The position numbers were made by a program, and so were the translations under genes. Below the pieces are notes generated by a model, which was given only the letters and a program-made list of their open reading frames with translations, had not been told where the DNA came from and ran no database searches. From contig JAJEIO010000032.1 in the NCBI GenBank assembly GCA_022827835.1, positions 117,748 to 181,747 on the forward strand: DNA of 64,000 nt, in the 5' to 3' direction. Positions 8,785 to 18,170 of the stretch are shown here, in pieces. The first letter of the stretch is position 1. Each line of letters starts with the position of its first letter. This DNA comes from Candidatus Latescibacterota bacterium. Its GTDB lineage: Bacteria > Latescibacterota > UBA2968 > UBA8231.

Positions 8785-9786
8785 TCATAGCGCAAAGGGT
8801 GGAATGCGGAGGAACGCGCCCCCTTGCCGGGCGGACTCTTGGGCCAGCAGGCAGGCTTGGGCTGTGGCGAATACCGAGCGGGTGGGGATGAAGAGGTCGG
8901 TGCCGCGTTCAATGGCGTCGATCAGGTTGGCGACGAACGCGCCGCTTTGGTCTGCGGGGAGATCGGGTGCGTACGGTTCGCGTTCGTTGGTGGCGATGAG
9001 CAGGTGGTTGTCGGCATAGGCGCGTAGGTGTGCCGAGCCGGCCGTCCCCATGATGATGAAGCGAGTGTCGCCAAACGAGGGCGCGGCTTGGGGCGTAAGC
9101 CAGTCGGCGGTGAGGGTGGCCAACGCGCCGTCGGATAGCGCGAAGGAAGCCTGCACGTGGTCGTCTAGGCGCGGTTCCTCGGTAAACCGCTTGCAGGTGG
9201 TGAGGGCGTGGACGCCGACGCATTCGGCATTGGTGAGCCAGCGGATTTGATCGACGCCGTGGCAAGCGAGGTCGTGGAACGCGCCCGTGTACTGATTTGG
9301 ATCGAAATACCACGCTGGGGCTGTGTCACGGCGGATCTTGTGCGGGTGGGTGGAGATGAGGCTGGCGATGGTCCCAAGCGCGCCGTCGAGAATGGCTTGG
9401 CGCAGGGCGATAAACGGCGGATAGCTGCGCGAGGTGAACCACATGGATACGTGGATTGCGCTGGCGGCGACAGCGCGGCGCATGCGCTCCCAGTCGTAGA
9501 GCGAGTGGCACAGGGGTTTGTCGAGGAGCAGGTGAATGCCGGCACGGGCGCAGGTTTCTACGAGCGCGGTTTTCTCGTGGTGGATCAAGCCTTCGAGGAT
9601 TAGCTCGGGCCGGGCGCGGTCGATCATGTCCTCCAAGGTGGTAAAGCGGGGGATGGATGAATAGCGTTCGCAGAGTGCGTCGTCGTCTTCAACCAAGCCG
9701 ACGATCTGGCCGTTTGTTGCCTGTAAGGCGGATTGGATCATGCCGCCGATGTGGCCGTAGTGGACGCCCATGATGCCGATGCGCAT
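8785..9786 (-). CDS. Gfo/Idh/MocA family oxidoreductase
   Basis: MRIGIMGVHYGHIGGM..., LLLDKPLCHS (the EKP-type motif). The stop abuts the start of the 7327..8784 gene. Confidence 0.8.
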   Translation of the reverse strand: MRIGIMGVHYGHIGGMIQSALQATNGQIVGLVEDDDALCERYSSIPRFTTLEDMIDRARPELILEGLIHHEKTALVETCARAGIHLLLDKPLCHSLYDWERMRRAVAASAIHVSMWFTSRSYPPFIALRQAILDGALGTIASLISTHPHKIRRDTAPAWYFDPNQYTGAFHDLACHGVDQIRWLTNAECVGVHALTTCKRFTEEPRLDDHVQASFALSDGALATLTADWLTPQAAPSFGDTRFIIMGTAGSAHLRAYADNHLLIATNEREPYAPDLPADQSGAFVANLIDAIERGTDLFIPTRSVFATAQACLLAQESARQGGAFLRIPPFAL

Positions 9787-9889
9787 GATGAATACTCCGG
9801 GTGAGGTGTGCGCGGGAAGATAAGACGCAGCGGGTTAATGCGCTACGGCTATTGTAGCGTATATTCAGGCACGAGAAAGGATCCGAATC

Positions 9890-11410
9890 ATGTCTGATTG
9901 GCTTACCACAAGACAGTTGCAGCACTTGCAGCGCGGCTACCGCAAGCGGGTCGAGACGCCCATCCCGACCCAAGTCGTATCCAGCGGCGAGTGCTTCCCG
10001 CCGCCGCAGTCTCGTCGCCAAGCTCAGGCCGAGGCGCTGATGCGCGAAAAGGCCGATTTCTACGCGGGTCGCCAGGGGATGGCCCACCAGCGGTATCTCC
10101 GCTCACCCAGTGGGATGGCTGCGGCGTTTATGGCGATGAATCAAGTCTACGGCGACGTCTATCGCGTCGATCCGGCCGAGGCCGAAGACCCCGAGGCCGC
10201 GGCAGACCAGCGCAGCCAGACCCGCGACCAGTTTATCTTCGACGTCCACACCCACCACGTGCGCGAGGACTACACATGGGAAGGCCAGCTCTGGCTACGC
10301 GATGTGGCGCGGGGCAACAACCAAGCCCGCACCCCTTGGAATCCAGAGTTAGTCGAGCAGGAGTTAGACCTGAAGTACTACAAGTTCGATTACTACGTCA
10401 AAGACATGTTTTTCGACAGCGACACCACGCTCGCGCTGTTGAGCACCTCGCCTTCGGTCGATCCCGAAAAGACGCTGTTGTCCGATCGGCAGATGGTCGC
10501 CACGCGGGACCAAGTCAACGAGATCGCTGGCACGCGGCGGATGTTCGCCCACGGGGTTATCTGGCCGAGTGCGCCGGAATACTTGGAGCTAATGGAACCG
10601 GCGGCGACGGAATTGAAGGTGGATTCTTGGAAGGGCTACACCATCGGCGACGTGCTGGGTTTTCACCCTACCTTTGACCGGCCTTGGCGTCTCGACGACG
10701 AAGAACTAACGTGGCCTACCTACGAAAAGGCCCGCCAACTCGGCGTGCGCAACATCTGCATCCATAAGGGCGTTTTGCCGGTTGATTACGAGAGCATTCC
10801 CAACTGGCAATACGCCAGTGTGGAGGACGTGGGCGGTGCGGCGGCGGCGTGGCCCGACCTGAATTTTCACATCTACCACGCGGGCTTGAAGATGTGGCGG
10901 GACGCCGAATCGGTGAGCGAGGAGTTTGAGCGCACTGGGCGGCTGGCTTGGATCGACGAGTTGGCTGCCATCCCGGCTGAATACGGAGTGTCGAATGTGT
11001 ACGCGGATATTGGCCTGTCGTTTGGGGCACTGGCGATTACGCATCCGCGACTGGCCGCGGCTATGGTGGCCAAGTTGGTCAAGGGACTTGGCGTTGATCA
11101 CGTGTTGTGGGGGACGGATTCGATTTGGTTTGGTTCGCCGCAATGGCAGATTGAGGCCTTTCGCCGGATTGAGCTACCGCCCGACTTGCAGGACAAACTC
11201 GATTTAGCGCCGCTCGGCCCGGCCGACGGCCCGGTGAAAAACGCGATTTTTGGCATCAATGCTGCTGGGCAATATGGCCTCGTGCTGGACGAGCAGGGGC
11301 GACCTGTTACCGATTACGCTGGCGATGCGCTGTCGCAGCTCAAGGCTGCATACTTGGCGGCGGGGAATGAACGCGATAATCTGTTTTGGGGGTGGATTCA
11401 CAGGGAGTAG
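9890..11410 (+). CDS. Amidohydrolase_2-type metal-dependent hydrolase (TIM barrel) with long N-terminal extension
   Basis: FIFDVHTHHV (HxH), ICIHKG, FHIYHAG, VLWGTDS. The ~110-aa N-terminal region contains QRYLRSPSGMAAAFMAM (signal/Tat-like but imperfect). The true start is uncertain. Confidence 0.7.
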   Translation: MSDWLTTRQLQHLQRGYRKRVETPIPTQVVSSGECFPPPQSRRQAQAEALMREKADFYAGRQGMAHQRYLRSPSGMAAAFMAMNQVYGDVYRVDPAEAEDPEAAADQRSQTRDQFIFDVHTHHVREDYTWEGQLWLRDVARGNNQARTPWNPELVEQELDLKYYKFDYYVKDMFFDSDTTLALLSTSPSVDPEKTLLSDRQMVATRDQVNEIAGTRRMFAHGVIWPSAPEYLELMEPAATELKVDSWKGYTIGDVLGFHPTFDRPWRLDDEELTWPTYEKARQLGVRNICIHKGVLPVDYESIPNWQYASVEDVGGAAAAWPDLNFHIYHAGLKMWRDAESVSEEFERTGRLAWIDELAAIPAEYGVSNVYADIGLSFGALAITHPRLAAAMVAKLVKGLGVDHVLWGTDSIWFGSPQWQIEAFRRIELPPDLQDKLDLAPLGPADGPVKNAIFGINAAGQYGLVLDEQGRPVTDYAGDALSQLKAAYLAAGNERDNLFWGWIHRE

Positions 11411-11506
11411 GGGTTGTGGACAACTCACTGCGAGCTTTGCCCTTATTGGGGAAGGACGCGTTTTTATACACAAACTTTACTCTACTTGCAAGAAAGGTTG
11501 CCAACG

Positions 11507-13894
11507 ATGCGTTTGCTTATCGCCCTTTGCCTCCTCGTCAGCAGCGTCTATGCCCAAGCGCCCGGCGAGGTCTATCTGACGCCAAAAATCGACCTCCACC
11601 TCCAGCCGGCCGCCGTGGCCGGGATGGAGAATCGGACCTTGAACGTCCCTCCCGGTTTTATCGTCGAGTTGTTCGCCGAGGATGTCGGCAAGGGACGGCT
11701 GATGGCGTGGAGCCCGGATAGCGTGTTGCACGTGGCCGTCATGGGCACCCGAGGCAGCAGCGAGTGGCGCGCCGACCCCAACCGCACCGGGCGCGTTGTG
11801 GCGTTGCCCGACCGCGACCGCGATGGTCGGGCCGACGAGGTGCGGACGGTGGCCGACGATCTGCTGTGGCCCAATAGCGTGGCCTTTTATCAGGGGGCTA
11901 TGTACGTAGCCGATACCGACGAGGTCGTGCGCTTCAGGGACGGCGATGGCGACGGCTTTTACGAAGAGCGCGAGGTCTTTATCCCCGATTTGGCGACGTG
12001 GATCCCCGGTTTAGGCGGCGCTGAGCACGTTACGCACACCATCGTTTTTGATGAGGCTAATGAACGCATATACGTGCATCAAGGATCCTCCTGCGATCTG
12101 TGCCGCGAGCGCGATCCCGAGCGCGCTACGGTGCTGGCCTTTAACCTCGACGGCACGGGGCGGCGGATTTTCGCCAGCGGTTTGCGCAATTCCATAGGCT
12201 TGGCACTGCACCCGCTCACCGGCGAATTGTGGGCGACCAACAACGGCCACGACCGCGACCGCTTTCCCAACGGGCGGGACTTGCCCCCTGAGACCATTGT
12301 CATCGTGCGCGAGGGTGGGTTCTACGGCTGGCCACTGGCGCACGGTTACCAGGCGTGGGTTGATTTTGAGGTTGACGAGTACTTTCGCTCGATTGCGCCC
12401 TTTACGCGTGAGGACACGCTCGACGTGGAACGGATGGAGCGACCGGTTGCCACGGTCGCGGCCCACACAGCGCCGATGGCGATCCACTTTTACACTGGCG
12501 ACCAATTTCCCTCCGAATACCACAACCAAGCCTTTGTCGCGCTTCGCGCTGGTGTGCGAGGCAACGACTTAGGCTATAAGGTGATGGCGGTGTTTAGCGA
12601 CTCGGACGGACAAAATGCCCAAGTAGCCGATTTCCTCACCGGCTTTCGTCCCAATCCGGGTAGCAACAGAGTCTGGGGTAAGCCCGTGGGCTTGGAAAGC
12701 GACGCCGAGGGGGCGCTTTACGTCTCTAGCGATCACACGACCCAGGCGGTTTTCCGGGTGCGGGTTGGGCCGCTGATGGGGCAGTGGGAAGTTGAGCCGC
12801 CGGATACGGTCTTGGCCGGTCAGCCGCTCGATTTGTCGGCTGCGATCGCGCTGACGCGCTTTGACCGGGAAGCCGACGAGCCGATAGTGAGTGTCGATCT
12901 AAGTGCCTTGGGCGGCAGCGCCGAAACGCCGCTTACGGCCTTGGGCGATGGGCGCTATCGGCTGGAGGCCGCATTGGCGGGTGCGGAGACTAACGGTCGC
13001 GAGCAGATCGTGGTGGGCGTGGCGCAAAATACGGCGGAAGGTCCGTTTGAAATCGCGCTCTCGCGCACGCTGGTGGTGCTGCCGGCCGAGGACTTGGCGA
13101 TCGCCGATGACGAGTTGGCTGCGGGCTGGGCCGCAAAGGCTGGTTTGGGCTTGGACAGCTTTGAGTTCGACGGAAGCGGCCCGGTTTTTACTGGCACCGC
13201 GGCCGGCGTGCTGACGGCTGACCCCCTGACGCGGTTGTTGCCTTGGCAGTTGGACATGGAGCCGCCGGCACCTATCGAGACGGTGGGTTATCGGGCGCTG
13301 CGGTTGGCGATCCATCCGGGCGATGTGGTGCCAGCCGAAGACGATGTGGTGGAGGTGGTGTTGGAAAGCGGCGGCTTCCAGCGGGTCGTGCTTTTGGGCG
13401 AAGGAGCAGGGGATTACGGGCTGGATTTGGGGCGCAAGGAATGGCAGGTGATTGAAGTTCCTCTGAGCGCGTTCGGTACCCTCGACCGGCCGATAGAGAC
13501 CGTGCGTTTTGCTACCAACCTAGAGGGGCGCTTTTACATCGACGATCTGCGGCTGGTGCGCACGGAGTTTGCCGTACCCACTGTCGTCCGCGAGGTGCGC
13601 GAAGACGCGACGCCGCAGCACTTCGGCCTAGAGCAGAATTTCCCCAATCCGTTTAACGGCCAGACTGCTATCCGCTATACCCTCGATCGCGCCCAAGAAA
13701 TTGAGCTAAAAGTCTATACGCTCACAGGGCAGCATGTAGCGACTCTGATAAGTGGTCACCGGTCGGCCGGTCGGCACGTCCTGCATTGGGATGGCCGCGA
13801 CAAGCAAGGACGTCCGCTGGCTTCGGGGTTGTATTTGTACCAGCTACGGGCTGGAAGCGAGAGGCAGACGCGCAAGTTGCTGCTGGTGCGATAG
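11507..13894 (+). CDS. Secreted glucose/sorbosone dehydrogenase-like beta-propeller with CBM-like module and T9SS-type CTD
   Basis: ORF 11414..13894. I prefer ATG 11507, which gives the signal peptide MRLLIALCLLVSSVYAQAP. SGDH-like blocks: LWPNSVAFYQGAMYVAD, HVTHTIVF, GLRNSIGLALHPLTGELWATNNGHD, REGGFYGWP. The C-terminus (NFPNPFNGQTAIRYTL...GLYLYQL...KLLLVR) is homologous to the GH5 tail. Confidence 0.78.
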   Translation: MRLLIALCLLVSSVYAQAPGEVYLTPKIDLHLQPAAVAGMENRTLNVPPGFIVELFAEDVGKGRLMAWSPDSVLHVAVMGTRGSSEWRADPNRTGRVVALPDRDRDGRADEVRTVADDLLWPNSVAFYQGAMYVADTDEVVRFRDGDGDGFYEEREVFIPDLATWIPGLGGAEHVTHTIVFDEANERIYVHQGSSCDLCRERDPERATVLAFNLDGTGRRIFASGLRNSIGLALHPLTGELWATNNGHDRDRFPNGRDLPPETIVIVREGGFYGWPLAHGYQAWVDFEVDEYFRSIAPFTREDTLDVERMERPVATVAAHTAPMAIHFYTGDQFPSEYHNQAFVALRAGVRGNDLGYKVMAVFSDSDGQNAQVADFLTGFRPNPGSNRVWGKPVGLESDAEGALYVSSDHTTQAVFRVRVGPLMGQWEVEPPDTVLAGQPLDLSAAIALTRFDREADEPIVSVDLSALGGSAETPLTALGDGRYRLEAALAGAETNGREQIVVGVAQNTAEGPFEIALSRTLVVLPAEDLAIADDELAAGWAAKAGLGLDSFEFDGSGPVFTGTAAGVLTADPLTRLLPWQLDMEPPAPIETVGYRALRLAIHPGDVVPAEDDVVEVVLESGGFQRVVLLGEGAGDYGLDLGRKEWQVIEVPLSAFGTLDRPIETVRFATNLEGRFYIDDLRLVRTEFAVPTVVREVREDATPQHFGLEQNFPNPFNGQTAIRYTLDRAQEIELKVYTLTGQHVATLISGHRSAGRHVLHWDGRDKQGRPLASGLYLYQLRAGSERQTRKLLLVR

Positions 13895-13917
13895 GGGGTG
13901 AATCTGGACAATAGCGC

Positions 13918-15681
13918 CTAGTCCGACAACTTCCGCACGTACACATAATAAGGGGCGATGGTCCGCTCTATGCGATCGTAGAACGAGGCGTAGAGTCGGT
14001 CAAGGCCAGCGGCGAGCTCGATCTCAAAGCAGGCGCTCGTCGCGTCAGGATCGACTTCTTGCTGGAGATTTTGGCCGCCGATTGTTAGCTGTGCCCAGCC
14101 GAGGGCGAGAGCGACCCCACCCTCGTAGGCCGGAGCATTTTTCGGCTGGATGCCGGCGCGGTACCAGCCGCTGTCGTCGCCTTCGATCCCCGCAGCAAGC
14201 GCATAGCCGGTTTCCTCGGGCCAGCGCCGCAGTTCAATCCGGTAGCGGCCGGCCTCTTTGACATCAACGGCCCAAAAACCACTAGTGATCTGCCCGGTGC
14301 GGACCTGACGGTGATTCCAGACGGCGCTGCACGCCTCATTGCGGATGTCGTGGGTGGTGAGTTTGACGGGTTGGTCATCTCCGCCGAGGGCCATCGGCTC
14401 GTCGCGGTCGAATTGCTCGGACACGAGCTCCCACCAGTCATCGTACGCAGCGCGCAGGTCGGCGACGACGTCGGGATGCGCGTCGGCGATGTCCTGACGC
14501 TGGCCGGGGTCCGCGCCGAGGTCGTAGAGCGCGCGGCCGTCGATGAGCCGCCACTTACTTTTCATCACCGAGCTCTTGCGCCATTTGACCGGATTGGCCA
14601 CGCGCTGGGTGTCGCAGACGTTGACGCGGTCGGCCCGAGCTGAATCGTCTGCACCGCGCAGCAGCGGCACTAGGCTCTGGCCGTGGAAGGTGCGGCCGGC
14701 TGGGATTTCGACTTCGCACAAGTCGAGCAGGGTCGGCATGAAATCCACGTAGCTGGTCAGCGCGTCGATATCGCGGCCACCGGCTATTTGCCCGTTGGGG
14801 TAACGGATGAGGAAGGGGACGCGGTGGCCGCCTTCGTACTGGGAGCCTTTTTTGCCGCGCATTCCGGCGTTGTAGCTGCCTGGCCCTTCGCGGGGGAACT
14901 GATCGTCGTCTAGCTCGACGCCGGTGGCCGTGCCGTTGTCGGTCATAAAGATGAGGATGGTATTGTCGGCGATGCCCAGTTCGTCGAGCGTGGCCTGCAA
15001 GCGGCCGAAGTTTTCGTCGATATTGGTGATCATGCCGTAGAAGCGGGCGCGGTCTTCGTGCGGGGTGGCGTCGCGGTATTGCTCGACGTAGTGCGGCTCG
15101 ACGTTGAGCGGTCCGTGCGGCGCGTTGGTGGCGATGTAGCAGAAGAAGGGCCGGTCGGCGTTTTCTTTGATAAAGCGTTGCCCCTCGCGGAAGAACACGT
15201 CCGTGCAGTAGCCTTCGTACGGGGTGGGGACGCCGTTTTTGAAATAGGTGTCGTCAAAGTAGTCGTTGCCCCAAGGGTCGCCCGTGTTGCCGATGCCGCC
15301 GCCGGCGTGGTAGATGGATTCGGCAAAGCCGCGCTCGTGCGGTCGGTAGGGCGGGCTGTCGCCGAGATGCCACTTGCCGAAGTGGCCGGTGCGGTAGCCC
15401 GCGTTAGTGAGCGCGTCTGCGAGGGTCCACTCGTCGGCGCGCAACAGCGAGCGGCCGCCGATGGTGTGCCAGACACCGGCGCTGTTGCAGTAGTGGCCGG
15501 TGAGCAGGCCGGCGCGGGTGGGGGCGCAGGTGGAGCCGACGTGGTAGTCGGTGAAGCGCACGGCGTCTTGGTGGAAGCGGTCGAGGCAAGGCGTGCGGAT
15601 CGCGCTGTTGCCGTGACAGCCCAAGTCGCCGTAGCCTTGGTCGTCGGTGAGGACGAAGACGATGTTGGGGCGCGAGGTCAT
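13918..15681 (-). CDS. Arylsulfatase-family sulfatase (Cys-type), no signal peptide
   Basis: MTSRPNIVFVLTDDQGYGDLG and the formylglycine motif STCAPTRAGLLTG. 587 aa. Confidence 0.88.
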   Translation of the reverse strand: MTSRPNIVFVLTDDQGYGDLGCHGNSAIRTPCLDRFHQDAVRFTDYHVGSTCAPTRAGLLTGHYCNSAGVWHTIGGRSLLRADEWTLADALTNAGYRTGHFGKWHLGDSPPYRPHERGFAESIYHAGGGIGNTGDPWGNDYFDDTYFKNGVPTPYEGYCTDVFFREGQRFIKENADRPFFCYIATNAPHGPLNVEPHYVEQYRDATPHEDRARFYGMITNIDENFGRLQATLDELGIADNTILIFMTDNGTATGVELDDDQFPREGPGSYNAGMRGKKGSQYEGGHRVPFLIRYPNGQIAGGRDIDALTSYVDFMPTLLDLCEVEIPAGRTFHGQSLVPLLRGADDSARADRVNVCDTQRVANPVKWRKSSVMKSKWRLIDGRALYDLGADPGQRQDIADAHPDVVADLRAAYDDWWELVSEQFDRDEPMALGGDDQPVKLTTHDIRNEACSAVWNHRQVRTGQITSGFWAVDVKEAGRYRIELRRWPEETGYALAAGIEGDDSGWYRAGIQPKNAPAYEGGVALALGWAQLTIGGQNLQQEVDPDATSACFEIELAAGLDRLYASFYDRIERTIAPYYVYVRKLSD

Positions 15682-15684
15682 GGA

Positions 15685-16425
15685 CTATTGCTCCTGTTCG
15701 GCGCGCCAGGCTTCGTATTCGGCGCGAGCTTCTTCGCTGAGCGGGTAGTACTTGCGCAGGTGGCCGCCCTCGGCCAGCTTCATGCGGCTGAAGTCCTCCC
15801 ACTCGGCGTGCGCTTGGGCCTTTTCGGTTAGTTCGGGAGCGAGTTGGGCGGGGACGACGGTGGCTCCGTCGTCATCAGCGACGATGATGTCGCCGGGCAT
15901 GACGAGGGTGTCGCCGCAGGCGATGGGCACGTTGACTGCGAAGGGAAAGATGTTGGTTTGGGTGTGGAAGTTGGGGGTTGTGCCGCGCAGCCAAAGCCCG
16001 ATGTCGAGGTCTTCGAGCACCTTGGGGAAGTCGCGGATGCAGCCGTCGATGACAGCGCCGATGCCGCCCTGCCCCATGAAGAAGGTGAGCATCATCTCGC
16101 CGAAGACGCCGCTGTGCATGTCGCCGCGCGCATCGACGACGATGATGTCGCCGGGTTGGGTGTGGTACAGGGCGTGGCGATGGAGCTGTTTTTCCGGGTC
16201 GGCGTATTCATCAACCGAGTATTGGTCTTCGCGCTTGGGCATGAATTGCAAGGTCAGGGCCGGGCCGACGACGTGCTTGCCCGGAGTGCGGGAGACGGGG
16301 CCTTGGATGTGGGGATCGCGGATGCCCAAGCGGGCTAATTCACCGGCAGCGGTCGCGCTGGAAATAGGGGCGAGGGCGTCGATGAGGTCTTTGGGTGGGC
16401 GTTGGATGTCGTTAGTTTCGACCAT
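15685..16425 (-). CDS. RraA family protein (4-hydroxy-4-methyl-2-oxoglutarate aldolase / RNase E regulator-like)
   Basis: GDIIVVDARGDMHSGVFGEMMLTFFMGQGGIGAVIDGCIRD is the typical RraA core. The stop lies 3 nt upstream of the sulfatase start. Confidence 0.8.
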   Translation of the reverse strand: MVETNDIQRPPKDLIDALAPISSATAAGELARLGIRDPHIQGPVSRTPGKHVVGPALTLQFMPKREDQYSVDEYADPEKQLHRHALYHTQPGDIIVVDARGDMHSGVFGEMMLTFFMGQGGIGAVIDGCIRDFPKVLEDLDIGLWLRGTTPNFHTQTNIFPFAVNVPIACGDTLVMPGDIIVADDDGATVVPAQLAPELTEKAQAHAEWEDFSRMKLAEGGHLRKYYPLSEEARAEYEAWRAEQEQ

Positions 16426-16517
16426 GATATCTCCTGTCGTTAAGTACGGGTATTTATTTAAGCTAAGAACGAGGCGTTGGTAGGGCCAATGCCGAAGACT
16501 CGCAGGGGTTTAAGAGG

Positions 16518-16545
16518 TTGCCTATTATTGGATATCTGGTATAGT
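16518..16545 (+). promoter_or_regulatory. Sigma70-like promoter candidate upstream of the ATPase gene
   Basis: TTGCCT (16518-16523), a 16-nt spacer, then TATAGT (16540-16545), in an AT-rich 180-bp intergenic region. Promoter rules for this lineage are unknown. Confidence 0.3.
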
Positions 16546-16604
16546 GAGCGGTCGTGTAAGAATCAGGAGAAGAGATATAAGCCCTCCCAATGAGGAGATG
16601 ACCT

Positions 16605-18158
16605 ATGTTGACCAGACTGAAAGTCTCTAACTTCAAAAATTTGGCAGATGTGGACTTATACCTCGGTCCGTTTACCTGTGTGGTCGGGCCGAATGGGGTG
16701 GGTAAGTCGAACCTGTTCGACGCGATTCGGTTTCTGAGCGCACTGGCCAATCACACGCTCATGGAGGCTGCCGCCGCCGTGCGCGACCAAGACAGCCGCA
16801 CAGCACACGTGCGCGACCTTTTCCACCGCGTGGGCAATCACTATGCCGAGCGCATGACTTTTGAGGCAGAAATGATCGTGCCGCGGCGGGCCATCGACGA
16901 CTTGGGACAGGAGGCCGAGGCCAGTATTACATTTTTGCGCTATTCCCTAGAGCTTGCTTACCGAGAGACGGCCGACAATTTGGTGCGAGGTAATCTCGCT
17001 ATTGTCAAAGAGGAATTGGTCCACATCACCCACCGCGATGCCCCTCGACATCTTTTATTTCCTCACAGCGCAGGGGACTGGCGCGGATCCGCAATGTACG
17101 GCAAGCGCCGTGCACCCTATTTCATTTCAACCGAAGGCGAGGGTGAAAACAGAGTTATAAAACTACATCAGGATGGCGGCAGTAGTGGGCGTCCTTTGCC
17201 CCGATCAGCTGCTAACCTACCTCGCACGGTGCTTTCCATAGCCAATGCGGCGGAAAGCCCTACGGTATTGGCTGCTCGCCGAGAAATGCAATCTTGGCAA
17301 ATGTTGCAACTGGAACCTTCGGCACTAAGAAAACCCGATGAATTTGGTGCTCCTACTCACTTAAGGGCGGATGGACGCTATTTGGCGGCTACATTGTATC
17401 GCTTGGGTCGCCATGCAGGGCAACAGGTGAGTCAGGACACTGTCGAGAGTTGGGAGTCAGATAATCAAGACATCAGTCCGGAACGGCTTCAATACTTGGC
17501 GGACCAACTCGACATTCAAGCCTTGGCCCCCCAAAAAGTATATAGCCAGATCGCCAACCGCTTAGCCGAACTCATCGACGGTGTAAATGATATTCACATA
17601 GAGCGGGATGAGAAGCGGGAGCTACTGACATTATACGTAAAAAACGAGGAGGGAACCTTGCATCCAGCACGTGCCCTGTCGGATGGCACCTTACGCTTCC
17701 TCGCTCTAGCCGTCTTGGAAAGCGATCCACAGATGCAGGGAGTGATTTGTTTGGAAGAGCCGGAAAACGGTATTCATCCGGCGCGAGTTCCGGCTATACT
17801 GCAACTGCTCAGGGATATTGCGGTGGATACTCAAGAGCCTGTTGGGGAGGATAACCCACTACGCCAAGTGATCGTCAATACTCACTCGCCTTCAGTATTC
17901 CAACAAGTCCCAGATGATAGCGTAGTATTTGTAAAGACAAGAGAAGCCATAGACGAGGAAGGACGCCTCTGCAAAAAGGCCCATTTTCTCTGCCTATCCG
18001 ATACTTGGCGAGCCAAAGTGAGCGAAGATGCTGCTCGCGGCGACCTGCTCCCTTATCTGAATCCGGTGCTGCCTAAGAATTACATAGAGGTATCAAAGCA
18101 GAAGCGGGTAGTCGATAGGGAGGATATGCAGCAACTCCTTCTGTCTTTTTCTGGGTAA
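16605..18158 (+). CDS. AAA_15/AAA_21-type (SMC/ABC-like, COG4637-like) ATPase
   Basis: N-terminal head KVSNFKNLADVDLYLGPFTCVVGPNGVGKSNLFDAIRFL (Walker A). C-terminal LSDGTLRFLALAVL (signature-like), VICLEEPENGIHP (Walker B-like) and VNTHSP (H-loop-like). AGGAG lies 7 nt upstream. Lower GC than the flanks. Confidence 0.85.
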   Translation: MLTRLKVSNFKNLADVDLYLGPFTCVVGPNGVGKSNLFDAIRFLSALANHTLMEAAAAVRDQDSRTAHVRDLFHRVGNHYAERMTFEAEMIVPRRAIDDLGQEAEASITFLRYSLELAYRETADNLVRGNLAIVKEELVHITHRDAPRHLLFPHSAGDWRGSAMYGKRRAPYFISTEGEGENRVIKLHQDGGSSGRPLPRSAANLPRTVLSIANAAESPTVLAARREMQSWQMLQLEPSALRKPDEFGAPTHLRADGRYLAATLYRLGRHAGQQVSQDTVESWESDNQDISPERLQYLADQLDIQALAPQKVYSQIANRLAELIDGVNDIHIERDEKRELLTLYVKNEEGTLHPARALSDGTLRFLALAVLESDPQMQGVICLEEPENGIHPARVPAILQLLRDIAVDTQEPVGEDNPLRQVIVNTHSPSVFQQVPDDSVVFVKTREAIDEEGRLCKKAHFLCLSDTWRAKVSEDAARGDLLPYLNPVLPKNYIEVSKQKRVVDREDMQQLLLSFSG

Positions 18159-18170
18159 GTCTGGCATCGG

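Noticed and set aside
9787-9889. Palindrome CGCTAC-N7-GTAGCG in the divergent promoter region between the oxidoreductase and amidohydrolase genes
   Set aside because: The arms are only 6 bp and no regulator gene is adjacent. The evidence is insufficient to call a binding site.
11414-11506. N-terminal extensions of several track ORFs. Examples: 11414, 26274, 28650, 31223, 32622, 42036, 42072, 50255, 51154.
   Set aside because: Internal starts give canonical N-termini (signal peptides, Rossmann motifs) with Shine-Dalgarno-like sequences. The extensions overlap upstream genes or lack an RBS.
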